Below, one piece after another: positions 36,273-46,485 of a stretch of 64,000 bases of DNA (position 1 is its first letter; every line of letters starts with the position of its first letter). The translations under genes were made by a program, and so were the position numbers. The stretch spans positions 788 through 64,787 of the forward strand of contig CAYNSH010000007.1 in NCBI GenBank assembly GCA_964399775.1. The letters run 5' to 3'. Under the pieces are notes generated by a model. The model saw nothing but the letters and a program-made list of their open reading frames with translations. It did not search any database and was not told the DNA's origin. The stretch is from an uncultured Verrucomicrobiota bacterium (lineage in GTDB: Bacteria; Verrucomicrobiota; Kiritimatiellia; CAIQIC01; Lenti-01).

Positions 36273-37694
36273 CTATCGGTTGTCCACGTTGCCGGGTGTG
36301 GCGCCGGGGGGGGCGGATTCCGGACCGGCCTCGGCTTTTTTGCCGGAAACGTCCGACTTCCGGGCCCGCGCCTCCTGGCGCATCCGGTCCCAATGATCGA
36401 TGCGCTTGCGAATCACATCCTCGTATCCTTGTGTGGTGGGCCGGTAGTAGATCTGGTCGGTCGGGACGTATTCCTGGTCGACGAAATGTCCCTCGAAATC
36501 GTGGGCATATTGATAGCCTTCGTGTCCAAACGCCTTGGCGGCGCGCTTGGAACCCGTGCTGCGCAGGTGACGCGGGACCGGCAGAGTCCGTCCCTCCTTG
36601 ACGTCCGCCATGGCCGCCTCCAGCCCCATGTAGGCGGCATTGCTCTTGGGCGCTGTCGCCAGGTAGGTGGTCGCCTGGGCCAGGGCAATCCGGGCCTCGG
36701 GCATGCCCACAAAATCCACCGCCTCGAGGGTGGCGGTGGCCAGGCTCAGGCCGCGCGGATCGGCATTGCCGATGTCCTCGCTGGCCAGGATGATCAACCG
36801 GCGGGCTATGAAGCGCGGATCCTCCCCCGCGTACAGCATCTTGGCCAGCCAGTACAGCGCCGCATGGGGATCCGATCCGCGCACGCTTTTGATGAACGCT
36901 GAAATCGTGTCGTAATGACCGTCCTCGTCGTGGTCGTAGACCACCGCTTTTTTCTGGATGCTTTCTTCCGTCACCGCGCGGGTCAGGTGGATCACCCCGT
37001 CCTCGCCCGGTGCGGTGGTCAGCGCGGCGATCTCCAGCGCGTTGAGGGCGCGGCGGGCATCGCCTTCGCAGACCGCGGCCAGATGGTCCATCGCGTTGTC
37101 GTCCATCTGAAGGGCCAAATGTCCCAGCCCATCCGGCGATGCCAGCGCCCGCTGGATCAAGAGGCGAATCGCTTCGGCACTCAGGGGCTCGAGTTGAAAA
37201 ATCTGGCTACGGGAGACCAGCGGGTTGTTGATGAAGAAAAAGGGATTGTGGGTCGTGGCCCCGATCAATGTCACCGCCCCCTCCTCCACATAGGGCAGCA
37301 GCACATCCTGCTGGGCCTTGTTGAAGCGATGGATTTCGTCGATGAACAGGATGGTTTCGCGACCCGACGTCACCCGGCGCTGCTTGGCCGCCTCGAGCGA
37401 TTTCCGCAGGCCGGCCACATTCGAGAGGACGCCGCTGGACCGGTCGAAGGCCCGCCGCGTGGTCCGCGCGATCACTTCCGCCAGCGTGGTTTTGCCGCAT
37501 CCGGGCGGCCCGTAGAGAATCAGGCTGGAGAGACGATCCGCCTCGATCGCCCGGCGCAGCAGTTTGCCGGGCCCCAGCATGTGGTCTTGGCCGGCAATAT
37601 CTTCCAGGGTCCGCGGGCGCATCCGCGCCGCCAGGGGCCGTCGCGGCTCCGGCGCGGTCGCTCCGGCAGAAACCGATTCAAACAGGTCGCTCAT
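36273..37694 (-). CDS. rarA: Replication-associated recombination protein A (AAA+ ATPase)
   Basis: GPPGCGKTTLA, ILFIDEIHRFNKAQQD, MgsA C-terminal domain. Confidence 0.9.
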   Translation of the reverse strand: MSDLFESVSAGATAPEPRRPLAARMRPRTLEDIAGQDHMLGPGKLLRRAIEADRLSSLILYGPPGCGKTTLAEVIARTTRRAFDRSSGVLSNVAGLRKSLEAAKQRRVTSGRETILFIDEIHRFNKAQQDVLLPYVEEGAVTLIGATTHNPFFFINNPLVSRSQIFQLEPLSAEAIRLLIQRALASPDGLGHLALQMDDNAMDHLAAVCEGDARRALNALEIAALTTAPGEDGVIHLTRAVTEESIQKKAVVYDHDEDGHYDTISAFIKSVRGSDPHAALYWLAKMLYAGEDPRFIARRLIILASEDIGNADPRGLSLATATLEAVDFVGMPEARIALAQATTYLATAPKSNAAYMGLEAAMADVKEGRTLPVPRHLRSTGSKRAAKAFGHEGYQYAHDFEGHFVDQEYVPTDQIYYRPTTQGYEDVIRKRIDHWDRMRQEARARKSDVSGKKAEAGPESAPPGATPGNVDNR

Positions 37695-37797
37695 GCCCGC
37701 AACCATCCCATATCCAGACCACCGGTGCAATCGGGGCCGGCAGACTTGCGGGGGATTGACTCTCCACCTCCCCTACCCCGTTCAGCCGCCCGCACGC

Positions 37798-39774
37798 CTA
37801 CCACCTCGCCCACCGCGGGGTGTTGCTGAAGCCGCCCGGTTGTTCGGACTGCACCAAGTCCGATGGAATCTCGTCCACAAACCGCGAAGGCGCGCAGAAT
37901 TGGATTCCCCCATCCCGACTCTTGCGCATGCGCGGCACGCAGAGCCAGAGATAGTCCTTGGCGCGGGTGACGGCCACATAGAACAGGCGTCGCTCTTCGG
38001 ACTCGCTGGCGGGTTCCTCCAGCGAGCGGGCGGCGGGAAACATCCCATCGGCCAGCCAGATCACGAACACGGCCTTCCATTCCAACCCCTTGGCCTGGTG
38101 GACGGTCGTCAGGCGGATCGCGTCCGCGGGCGCCACGGCGCGGGCATCCTGCTGGGCATCCAGATTAGTCAGCAGGGCCATTTCGCCCAGGAACTCCGCG
38201 GTGTTTTTGTATTTGGCCGAAAACCGGACGAGCTCTTCGATGTCTTCCAGCCGGCTGCGGGCGTTTTCAAAGGTGTTTTCGGCGAAGTCTTCGTAGAACG
38301 CCTTGGTGAATCGGAAGACCAGCTCATCGGGACGCTCCAGGACGGCGGAGGCGGAGTCCTCGGCGGTGAACAACCGGTCCATGATCGCCTGCCAAAGAGT
38401 CTGGGCCTCCTTAGGAAGCAGCTCCAGCAGCTTGGCGCGCTTGGCGGCATCGCGCAGATTCAGGTGTTCGCCCAGCGCCTTCCAGAGCGACTGCGCTTTT
38501 TTGGGTCCCACCCGGGGGAGCAACTCCACCAAGCGCGAAAAGGCCAGTTGATCCACCGGATTCGCCGCCAGGCGCGGCACGGTGCAGACATCCTTGATAT
38601 GCGCCTGCTCGAAAAATCGAACGCCGCTCACGACCACGTAATGCAACTGCGTCCGGGACAGCTCCAGTTGCATTTCCAGCGCCTGGTAGTGGGAGCGGTA
38701 GAGGATCGCGATTTCCCGCGGCTGGGCCGTTCCCGCATCGAGCAGTCGCTGGATCCGTTCGACAACGTACCGGGCCTGGTGGCCGCCATCGGACAGGCGG
38801 GCCAGAATCGGCGGCACTTCGGCTGGACGGGTGGCGCGCAGGGTCTTGGAAAACAGACCCGTCGCGCCGGCAATCACCTGGTTGGCGACCTCCAGGATGC
38901 CCGGCGTGCTGCGATAATTCTCTTCCAGCTTGAAGGTCGTCGCTCCCGGGTGGCGCTTGGCAAAGGAGAGGATGTTGTCCACGTCGGCGCCGCGCCAGGA
39001 ATAGATGCTCTGAAAATCATCGCCGACCACGAACAGATTGCCATGCCGCCGGGCCATTTCATCGGCGAAAGCGGACTGAAGGACATTCGTGTCCTGGTAT
39101 TCATCCACCAGCACATGGCGCATGCGTTCCTGGTAGGTGGCGGCCACCCGGGGATGCTCTTGCAGCAGGCGCAGGCCGTTGACCAGCAAGTCGTCGAAAT
39201 CCATGGCATTCTGCCCGCGCTTGCGCTCGGCATAGAGCTGATGGACCTGGAGCACGCTCTCCACGTCAACGGTATGCGCTCCGAAGTGCGCCTGGACGGT
39301 CTCGACGACATCCGCGCCCCGATTGGCCGCCAATCCGAACACACTGGAAAGAACCTTGGGCTTGGGGAACTTCTTGTCCTTCAGTCCCAGCTCGGCTACG
39401 CAGTTGCGAAGCAGGCGCAGGGAATCGTCCTCGTCCAGGATGGTGTAATCGTTGCCATACCCGAGTTGCGCGGCGTGGCGCCGAAGCAACCGGTTGGCCG
39501 AATGGTGAAAGGTGCCGCTCCAAAGCCGGTTGAGGCCGCCGCCGACCAGTCGGGTGGCTCGCTCGAGCATGTCCTGCGCCGCCCGGTTCGTGAAGGTCAA
39601 CAGCAGGATGTTTCGGGGGTCGACGCTTTGCTCCTGCACCAGCCAGGCCACGCGATGCGTCAGCGTCTGGGTTTTTCCGGTCCCGGCGGCGGCAATCACC
39701 AGCACGGGACCGTCCGGCGCGGTGACGGCGCGCAACTGATCCGGATTCAACTGGTGGGCGAAATCGCTGGCCAT
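37798..39774 (-). CDS. UvrD/PcrA/Rep-family ATP-dependent DNA helicase
   Basis: AAGTGKT (motif I), DEYQDTN (motif II), helicase C-terminal motifs. Confidence 0.88.
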   Translation of the reverse strand: MASDFAHQLNPDQLRAVTAPDGPVLVIAAAGTGKTQTLTHRVAWLVQEQSVDPRNILLLTFTNRAAQDMLERATRLVGGGLNRLWSGTFHHSANRLLRRHAAQLGYGNDYTILDEDDSLRLLRNCVAELGLKDKKFPKPKVLSSVFGLAANRGADVVETVQAHFGAHTVDVESVLQVHQLYAERKRGQNAMDFDDLLVNGLRLLQEHPRVAATYQERMRHVLVDEYQDTNVLQSAFADEMARRHGNLFVVGDDFQSIYSWRGADVDNILSFAKRHPGATTFKLEENYRSTPGILEVANQVIAGATGLFSKTLRATRPAEVPPILARLSDGGHQARYVVERIQRLLDAGTAQPREIAILYRSHYQALEMQLELSRTQLHYVVVSGVRFFEQAHIKDVCTVPRLAANPVDQLAFSRLVELLPRVGPKKAQSLWKALGEHLNLRDAAKRAKLLELLPKEAQTLWQAIMDRLFTAEDSASAVLERPDELVFRFTKAFYEDFAENTFENARSRLEDIEELVRFSAKYKNTAEFLGEMALLTNLDAQQDARAVAPADAIRLTTVHQAKGLEWKAVFVIWLADGMFPAARSLEEPASESEERRLFYVAVTRAKDYLWLCVPRMRKSRDGGIQFCAPSRFVDEIPSDLVQSEQPGGFSNTPRWARW

Positions 39775-39783
39775 GGGTACGGA

Positions 39784-41121
39784 TCAAGGCATCGCGTCGT
39801 CATCCGGGCCGGCCGCGACCATGTCGCCCAGCGTCAGGTCCCCGAAGCCCTGCGTCATGCCCCGGTCGATCTGGCTCATGACCTCTTTCAGCGCGTCATC
39901 CAGTCGGATGCTTTCGTCGACTTCCGGATGCCCCCCGCCCTCGCGCAGGAGCTTGCCCACCAGGTCCTGGATCCGGATGGCATCCGGGGCGCGGATCAGC
40001 ACGAATCCGGCATCGCGGCTGGCGACCTGCGCCAGATAGCCCAGTCGGACCAGCGTTCCCACCACGGCATTGATCAACCGGATCGGGGCCTTGTTGCGCC
40101 GGGCAAAAACCGCGGAATCAAAGACCCCGGACTCACTTTTCATGACGCACCCCGCGCGGCGCAGGATCATCAACGCCACCAAGATGCGGGAGCGGCTGCT
40201 GGCCGAATCCGCCGCGCTTTCCAATTGGAAGGTATCCGAGTTCTGCATGGCGAAGGTAAATTCCGCGCCCAGCAGCAGGATCACCCAGGTCACGTACATC
40301 CAGAACAGGAACACCGGCACCGCCGCAAACGCCCCGTAGATAAGGTTGTAGCGCGCCACCCCCGTCTGCATCACCGCAAACACCCGCATCCAGCCCAGGA
40401 AGATCAGGGTCGTGATGAAACTGCTGACGGCGGCGGGGCGCAGTCGAACGCGCGTGTTGGGGACAAACACGTATAGAAATCCAATCGCCAGCCACATGAT
40501 GCAGAACGACGCCAGGTTCTGGACCCACGTGTTGGCGTCGATCCCCATGAACTGCTGGCTGATGGCCAGCCGCGCCTTCAAGCCGCCCGCCACGCCGATC
40601 AGCAGCGGCACCAGCACCAGCACGCTGGTGTAGTTGGTGATTTGCCGCAGGATGCTGCGGTTCTTGTCCACCCCCCAGACCCGGTTGAAACTCTTTTCGA
40701 CGTTGGCCAAGACCAGAACCGCCGTCAGCACGAAGAAGAACAGCCCGATCCACCCCAACGCCGCAAAATTGGTCGTATTGACAATCTCCAGGATCCACTG
40801 CACGAAGACCTGGAAGGTCTCCGGCATCTGCTCGATCCATTCCATTTCGGCAATCTTGGCCAATTGGTCTTCCCCCATGCCCAGGCCCTTCACCAAGGCA
40901 AAACCAACCGCCAGAATCGGCACCAGCGACGTCAGCGTCACGAAGGTCAGCGAGGAGGCATGGATGGTCAGATCATCATCCACGTAGCCCCGAAACAGCA
41001 GATGCCCCACCCGCACCAGGCGGGCGACAAAGCTCATGCTGCCCTTTTCGCTGCCCGGCAGGTTCCAGACATCGCGCATCACAAAGGCCTGGATTTTTTC
41101 AAATCGCTGTCGAAGGTTCAT
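39784..41121 (-). CDS. YihY/BrkB-family inner-membrane protein with C-terminal extension
   Basis: YihY-type TM core (SLTFVTLTSLVPILAV...). ~150-aa extra C-terminal domain. Confidence 0.75.
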   Translation of the reverse strand: MNLRQRFEKIQAFVMRDVWNLPGSEKGSMSFVARLVRVGHLLFRGYVDDDLTIHASSLTFVTLTSLVPILAVGFALVKGLGMGEDQLAKIAEMEWIEQMPETFQVFVQWILEIVNTTNFAALGWIGLFFFVLTAVLVLANVEKSFNRVWGVDKNRSILRQITNYTSVLVLVPLLIGVAGGLKARLAISQQFMGIDANTWVQNLASFCIMWLAIGFLYVFVPNTRVRLRPAAVSSFITTLIFLGWMRVFAVMQTGVARYNLIYGAFAAVPVFLFWMYVTWVILLLGAEFTFAMQNSDTFQLESAADSASSRSRILVALMILRRAGCVMKSESGVFDSAVFARRNKAPIRLINAVVGTLVRLGYLAQVASRDAGFVLIRAPDAIRIQDLVGKLLREGGGHPEVDESIRLDDALKEVMSQIDRGMTQGFGDLTLGDMVAAGPDDDAMP

Positions 41122-41272
41122 GCTCAGCCGCCTTTTTCGACCGGGTGGCCAGCGCCTTCCGGCGCCGGGCCAGTCCGCACGCCGTCGTTGTAGCAGGTTC
41201 CGGCCCGCTGCACACCCCTTAAATGACCCGATCCGCGCGTCGAGCGGTGTCCGGCCGGATGTGGTTTCGCCA

Positions 41273-42376
41273 TCATGTCGGTTTGTCGATCACGCCGGAC
41301 GCCAGCACGAGATCGCCGTCATAGAACACGGCCATCTGGCCGGGGGTCACCGATAGTTGCGGGTCGTCGAACTGCGCCTGCAGCCGGTCCGCACCAGCCG
41401 GCTCGACGACGGCAGGCGCCGCCCGATGCCGCTGGCGGATCTGCACGTCGCAGCGGATCGGCTGGCGAGGCAGTTCCGCCCATCCCACCCGATGTAGCTG
41501 GGTCGCCACCAGGCGGCCGGCATACAGGGCCTCTTTTGGCCCGACCACCACGCGGTTTCGCGCCGCCTCGATCTCCACCACATACCACGGGATCCCCCCC
41601 CCGCCCAGGTTCAACCCTTTGCGCTGGCCGATCGTGTAATGGAAGATGCCCTGGTGCCGCCCCAGCACCCGACCCTCCCGTGTCACGAAATCTCCAGGCT
41701 GGGCATCGCCCGGCTGAAACAAAACCGAGTAGTCTTTGCACTCGATGAAATCCTGGCTCTCTTCCCGATCCGCGAGATCGTCCCAGCCCAACTGTCGGGC
41801 GATCGCCTTCACCTCCGTCTTGGTGAGATCGCCCAGGGGAAACTGGAGCATCCCCAACTGATCCTGGCGCAGGCGGGAAAGGAAATACGACTGATCCTTG
41901 TCCCGATCCCGTCCCCGCCACAGCCCCCACCGGCCGGTCTGCGCATCCGGCTTGACCCGGGCATAGTGCCCGGTGGCGAATCGATCAAATACCAGCCCCC
42001 GGGCCCGGGCCGCCTCCAGCAGAAAGCCGAACTTCATGAGTTGATTGCACCGAACGCAGGGATTGGGCGTACGGCCCGCCAAGTATTCCTGTCGGAAATA
42101 GGCCAACACGGTTTGGTGATACTCCCGGGCCAGCGGAATCACATGGTGCTCGATCCCGATGCGTTGCGCCATGGTCTTGGCGGCTTCCAGGTCCCGCGAC
42201 TCCCCCGGCCCAAAGCAACCCGAAAATCCCGCATCCGGAATGGGTACGGAACCGTCCCAGATGCTCATGGTCAGCCCGGTTACGCGCCACCCCTCCTGCT
42301 TCAGCCGCCACGCCGCCACGGAGGAGTCCACTCCACCGCTCAGTCCGACGGCCACTGTTTTCCCCTGGCGATTCAT
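41273..42376 (-). CDS. mnmA: tRNA 2-thiouridine(34) synthase
   Basis: P-loop VAVGLSGGVDSSV, catalytic cysteines. Start at MNRQGK (M39 of ORF 41273..42490). Confidence 0.9.
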   Translation of the reverse strand: MNRQGKTVAVGLSGGVDSSVAAWRLKQEGWRVTGLTMSIWDGSVPIPDAGFSGCFGPGESRDLEAAKTMAQRIGIEHHVIPLAREYHQTVLAYFRQEYLAGRTPNPCVRCNQLMKFGFLLEAARARGLVFDRFATGHYARVKPDAQTGRWGLWRGRDRDKDQSYFLSRLRQDQLGMLQFPLGDLTKTEVKAIARQLGWDDLADREESQDFIECKDYSVLFQPGDAQPGDFVTREGRVLGRHQGIFHYTIGQRKGLNLGGGGIPWYVVEIEAARNRVVVGPKEALYAGRLVATQLHRVGWAELPRQPIRCDVQIRQRHRAAPAVVEPAGADRLQAQFDDPQLSVTPGQMAVFYDGDLVLASGVIDKPT

Positions 42377-42513
42377 GGCCCCACCATAGAACGCCGGCCG
42401 GACATTCGCCAACTGGATTGTTGCGGGACGCGCCCGGCACCCCGGCGCACCGATATGCTCGATTGTCTGGCTTGTCGGCCGCGGCCGCATTTCGTATGCT
42501 TCCCCCCCGAATC

Positions 42514-43950
42514 ATGCAAGCCCAACGGGATAACTTTGACGCGTTCTGCAGCCTCCTGGCCGGGGTCGCGGATGCCGCCGCCGCCTTTTTCGGCGTCATG
42601 CTGGCGGTCTATATCCGTTTTGATTCGGGTTTGATCCCGCTTCTGCACACCGAAATCTTTCCGCCGCGCATCATGTACCTGTCCGCCGCGGCGGTTCTCT
42701 CGCCCCTGCTGGTGATCATCTTTCGTCAGATTGGTCTGTATATTCGCCCGCAGCTCGGACGGTTCGGCGACAAGCTTCCGCGCATCGTCCGGGGGGTCTC
42801 TATCACCCTCGCCACCGCGCTGGCGCTCTCCTTCGTGGTCCGCCCCGCCGACTGGCCGCCCTACTCGCGTACCGTTGCCCTGCTGGCCTTTTTCACCGTG
42901 TGGCTGCTGGTGGTGCTGGAACGGTTCCTGCTCTTCCGGATTGAACTGCATTGGGCGCGGCGAACGGCCCCGATCCGCCGGATTCTCATCATCGGGGTCG
43001 ATGACCTCGCCGCCCGCATCCGACGCGCCCTGGAACACGAGCCGCGCCTGCGCTCGCGACTCGCCGGCTACCTCTTGCCCGTTGAGCCCGGCGGGAGCGA
43101 GACCACCCTGTCCTCCGCCATCTCGCCCAAATTGGTCAAGGGACACATCGGCGAGCTGGAACAAGTGGCCGCCGATGAGCAGATCGATGAAATCATCCTG
43201 GCGGATACCACCATCGCCCACAAGCGCCTGACGGAAATCCTGTTCCATTGCGAGCGCAACCTGATTCCCTTCAGCATGGTGCCGGACCTGTATGGCGTGC
43301 TGACCTCGCGGGTTCGGGTCAATCATGTGGCCGACATACCGCTAATCGGCATGGCGGCCTGGCCCTTGGACCACTTCTGGAACCGCGTTCTCAAGCGCCT
43401 GGAAGACATCGCCGGGGCGCTGATCGGCCTGGCCATATCCGCGCCGGTCGTCTTGGTCGCCGCGCCACTGATCAAGCGCAGTTCGCCTGGACCGGTATTT
43501 TATCGCCAGATTCGTTGCGGGGTCGCCGGGCGAACGTTTTTCATCTACAAGCTGCGCACCATGCCGGTGGATGCGGAGCAGGAATCCGGCCCCGTTTGGG
43601 CCCGGCCCGATGACCCCCGGCGCACCCGCATCGGGGAATTCCTGCGCCGGTGGAATCTGGACGAATTACCGCAGTTCTGGAACGTCCTCAAGGGCGACAT
43701 GTCCCTCGTGGGGCCGCGCCCCGAACGCCCCCACTTCGTGGAACAGTTCAAGGACGGTGTCGGCCACTACATGACCCGCCATGTCTCCCGGCCCGGCATG
43801 ACCGGCTGGGCGCAGGTGAACGGGCTGCGCGGCAATACCTCGATCGAGGACCGCGTTCAGCACGATTTGTACTACCTCGAAAACTGGTCGCTCTCTTTCG
43901 ATTTCAAAATCCTCGTCCAAACCTTGTTCAGCCACCAGAACGCCTACTGA
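42514..43950 (+). CDS. Polyprenyl-phosphate sugar phosphotransferase (WcaJ/WbaP-like bacterial sugar transferase)
   Basis: N-terminal TMs plus C-terminal domain VFYRQIRCG..GRTFFIYKLRTM...WNLDELPQFWNVLKGDMSLVGPRPE. Confidence 0.88.
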   Translation: MQAQRDNFDAFCSLLAGVADAAAAFFGVMLAVYIRFDSGLIPLLHTEIFPPRIMYLSAAAVLSPLLVIIFRQIGLYIRPQLGRFGDKLPRIVRGVSITLATALALSFVVRPADWPPYSRTVALLAFFTVWLLVVLERFLLFRIELHWARRTAPIRRILIIGVDDLAARIRRALEHEPRLRSRLAGYLLPVEPGGSETTLSSAISPKLVKGHIGELEQVAADEQIDEIILADTTIAHKRLTEILFHCERNLIPFSMVPDLYGVLTSRVRVNHVADIPLIGMAAWPLDHFWNRVLKRLEDIAGALIGLAISAPVVLVAAPLIKRSSPGPVFYRQIRCGVAGRTFFIYKLRTMPVDAEQESGPVWARPDDPRRTRIGEFLRRWNLDELPQFWNVLKGDMSLVGPRPERPHFVEQFKDGVGHYMTRHVSRPGMTGWAQVNGLRGNTSIEDRVQHDLYYLENWSLSFDFKILVQTLFSHQNAY

Positions 43951-43966
43951 ACGCCGCCCCCCCCCG

Positions 43967-44677
43967 ATGAATCCCCCCGCCCCCAGGATCTGCGTGTTGA
44001 TTCCGGCCTACCGCGAGGGCAATCGCATCGCGGCCGTCGTCCAGGAGACTCGTGACTATTGCCCCACTGCCGAGATCGTGGTGATCGACGACGGATCCGA
44101 CGACGAAACCGCCGACGCCGCGGCCGCCGCCGGCGCAACGGTCCTGGAGCATGTCCACAACCAGGGCAAAGGCGCGGCGCTCGTGACCGGATTCAATCAT
44201 GCTCGCGAAACGGGCGCGGATCTGGTCATCACCTTGGATGGCGATGGCCAGCACGCCCCCTCCGACATTCCGGCTTTCCTGCAAGCCCATGCCCGCACGC
44301 GCAGCCCGGTCATTGTGGGCAACCGCATGGGCAACCTGACGGCCATGCCCCGGTTGCGGCGGTTCGTCAATCGCTTCATGTCCGATCTGCTCTCCCGCCG
44401 CATGGGCCAGTTCGTGCCTGACAGCCAGTGCGGGTTCCGCCTGTATCATCGTTCGACCTTTCCTCAAAACGGCGTCGACGACCGGTTCCGTCGCTTTGAA
44501 GCGGAGTCGGAAATCCTGCTGCGGTTGTCGCTGGCGGGCTGCAAGATCGGGTCCGTGCCCATCCAGACCATCTATGGCGACGAAACCAGCAAAGTTCGGC
44601 CTTTTGTTGACACTTGGCGGTTTTTCCGCATGCTGGGTCGTTTCAGGAAAATCAAAAAGGAACACCCGAACTCATGA
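43967..44677 (+). CDS. Family-2 glycosyltransferase (DPM1/polyprenol-phosphate glycosyltransferase-like)
   Basis: ICVLIPAYREGNRI...VVIDDGSDD...DGDGQH motifs (DxD). Confidence 0.85.
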   Translation: MNPPAPRICVLIPAYREGNRIAAVVQETRDYCPTAEIVVIDDGSDDETADAAAAAGATVLEHVHNQGKGAALVTGFNHARETGADLVITLDGDGQHAPSDIPAFLQAHARTRSPVIVGNRMGNLTAMPRLRRFVNRFMSDLLSRRMGQFVPDSQCGFRLYHRSTFPQNGVDDRFRRFEAESEILLRLSLAGCKIGSVPIQTIYGDETSKVRPFVDTWRFFRMLGRFRKIKKEHPNS

Positions 44678-45450
44678 TCCCTCTCCTGCTGAAATCCTTC
44701 CTGCTGGTTCTGCTCTCCCTGCCGGCGGCCGCCCGGGCCGGTTCCGAGTCGGTCGATTCCGTGGAATGGGCCCCGGACCGGGACATCATCATCGAACGCG
44801 CCTCCGCGGAAAATGCGGTGGAACGCCCCCATCGCGGCACCGGGGAGCGAATCGGCGAGGCCATTGCCCAGTTCCTGCAGGGCGAAGGGTTCTCCAGGGA
44901 CTTCGCCATCGTGACGATTTCAACGCTTCCGATTGTGGAACTGCGCGGAGCCATCCCGGTCGGGCATGTCCTGTTTCCGGATACCGATCGCAGCACGCGC
45001 CTGGGCCTGGACGACATCCGCCGGGCCGGACGCATCTACCTCTGGGCCGTGGTGGGCAACATGCTCCCGGTGCCCTTTATCCTCCTGCTCTTGGGGCCGG
45101 TTTCCAACCTGTGCATGAAGGTCCCCATCGGGAAGGCCTTCTTTGAGTGGCTGTTTGCACGCACCCGGCGCAAAACCGCCGACGTCGAAAAATACGAGAC
45201 GCTCGGCCTGACCGTGTTTGTGGCCATCCCCCTGCCTGTCACCGGGGCCTGGACCGGATCCGTCGCCGCCTTTCTCATGGGGCTGAGCCTGCCGCATGCC
45301 CTGATGTCCATCCTCTTTGGCGTTTTGATCGCCGGGGTGATCATGACGGTCCTGGCGCTGCTCGGATGGATCGGTGCCGCCATCGCCGGGATTGTGCTGA
45401 TGGCCCTTTTCCTGGGCGTGCTCTCCAAGGCCCTTAAAAAGGGTGTCTAA
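44674..45450 (+). CDS. Small multidrug export protein family (PF06695-like) membrane protein with N-terminal extension
   Basis: TISTLPIVELRGAIPVG is a family hallmark. Start overlaps the upstream stop (ATGA). Confidence 0.55.
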   Translation: MIPLLLKSFLLVLLSLPAAARAGSESVDSVEWAPDRDIIIERASAENAVERPHRGTGERIGEAIAQFLQGEGFSRDFAIVTISTLPIVELRGAIPVGHVLFPDTDRSTRLGLDDIRRAGRIYLWAVVGNMLPVPFILLLLGPVSNLCMKVPIGKAFFEWLFARTRRKTADVEKYETLGLTVFVAIPLPVTGAWTGSVAAFLMGLSLPHALMSILFGVLIAGVIMTVLALLGWIGAAIAGIVLMALFLGVLSKALKKGV

Positions 45451-45570
45451 CCTCCCGGGTTCGCCCGAAATCAGCCTTATGGACTTGCGGCGGTCCCCGG
45501 CGGCCGTTATGGTTCCTGCATCAGATGTCGCGGCAAGGTTCAGTCCCGCGCGGCTGGAAAGAAGGTCATC

Positions 45571-46485
45571 ATGGCGCTGATTAATTTTGATTGTCCGGAA
45601 TGCGGCCACAATCTCGAGGTGGATGAGCGGGGCGCCGGGTTCATCATCAAGTGTCCCGAATGCGACAACCCCTTTCAAATCCCCGAATTGCCCCAATCGC
45701 GGCGGATGATCAAGGCGGCCACGGGCGTGTCCATCCTGGTGATCATCCTCTTGCTGCTGGGGATCAATCTGTATTTTGCCCGCGAAACCCGGGTGCTGAA
45801 CGAACGCCTGGCCGAGCAGGAAGAAGCCTATGGCTTGATCCGCCAACAGTCCCAGTCTCTGGCCATGCAACAGGAAGCGGAGATCGCCCGGCTGCACGAC
45901 AAAGTGCAACTCGCGGGCGCGGAAGCCCACGCCGATCTGTCCGATGCCGCGCTGGAAGCCTTGGATGAAGTGGCCACCTTGGTCCGCGAATTGGGCGACA
46001 CCCAGCGGAGATTCCTCGTCGCCAGCACCAATGAGCAGATTCGCCTCCTTCGCGCACACATGGCCCAACGAGTGGCCGCCGCCCGCAACAGCCTCCCCGC
46101 CCCCCCCATCCTCCAGGATGTCGGCCCGGGCCGGGGCTTTCAAGGTCGTCAGATCATTTTCCCGATCCTGCCCGGACCGGATGGGCAAATCCTGCGCCAG
46201 AATGCGGAAGTCACCGCCGCTGAAAACGACAGAATTTCATTCCGTTTTGACGGGGGATCGGCCACCTATTTCCTCCATGAACTGCATCCGGGGGTCTCTT
46301 CCTTTGTGCCAGTGGACCCCCTGATGGCCCTGCCGCCTGCCCAGTGGCGCGCCGAGGTCATGCGCCTGCACCAGATGCAGCAGGCGCAGCGCGAAGAACG
46401 ACTGGCGGAGCTTCGAATGGTCGTGGAGGAACATACCCTGGAGCCCTTCGTGCCGGAGATGGATGATGGCGGCGCACGGGATTGA
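45571..46485 (+). CDS. Hypothetical zinc-ribbon / single-TM / coiled-coil protein
   Basis: CPECGHNLEV...CPECDNPF (4-Cys ribbon), TM VSILVIILLLLGINLYF, then coiled coil. Confidence 0.5.
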   Translation: MALINFDCPECGHNLEVDERGAGFIIKCPECDNPFQIPELPQSRRMIKAATGVSILVIILLLLGINLYFARETRVLNERLAEQEEAYGLIRQQSQSLAMQQEAEIARLHDKVQLAGAEAHADLSDAALEALDEVATLVRELGDTQRRFLVASTNEQIRLLRAHMAQRVAAARNSLPAPPILQDVGPGRGFQGRQIIFPILPGPDGQILRQNAEVTAAENDRISFRFDGGSATYFLHELHPGVSSFVPVDPLMALPPAQWRAEVMRLHQMQQAQREERLAELRMVVEEHTLEPFVPEMDDGGARD

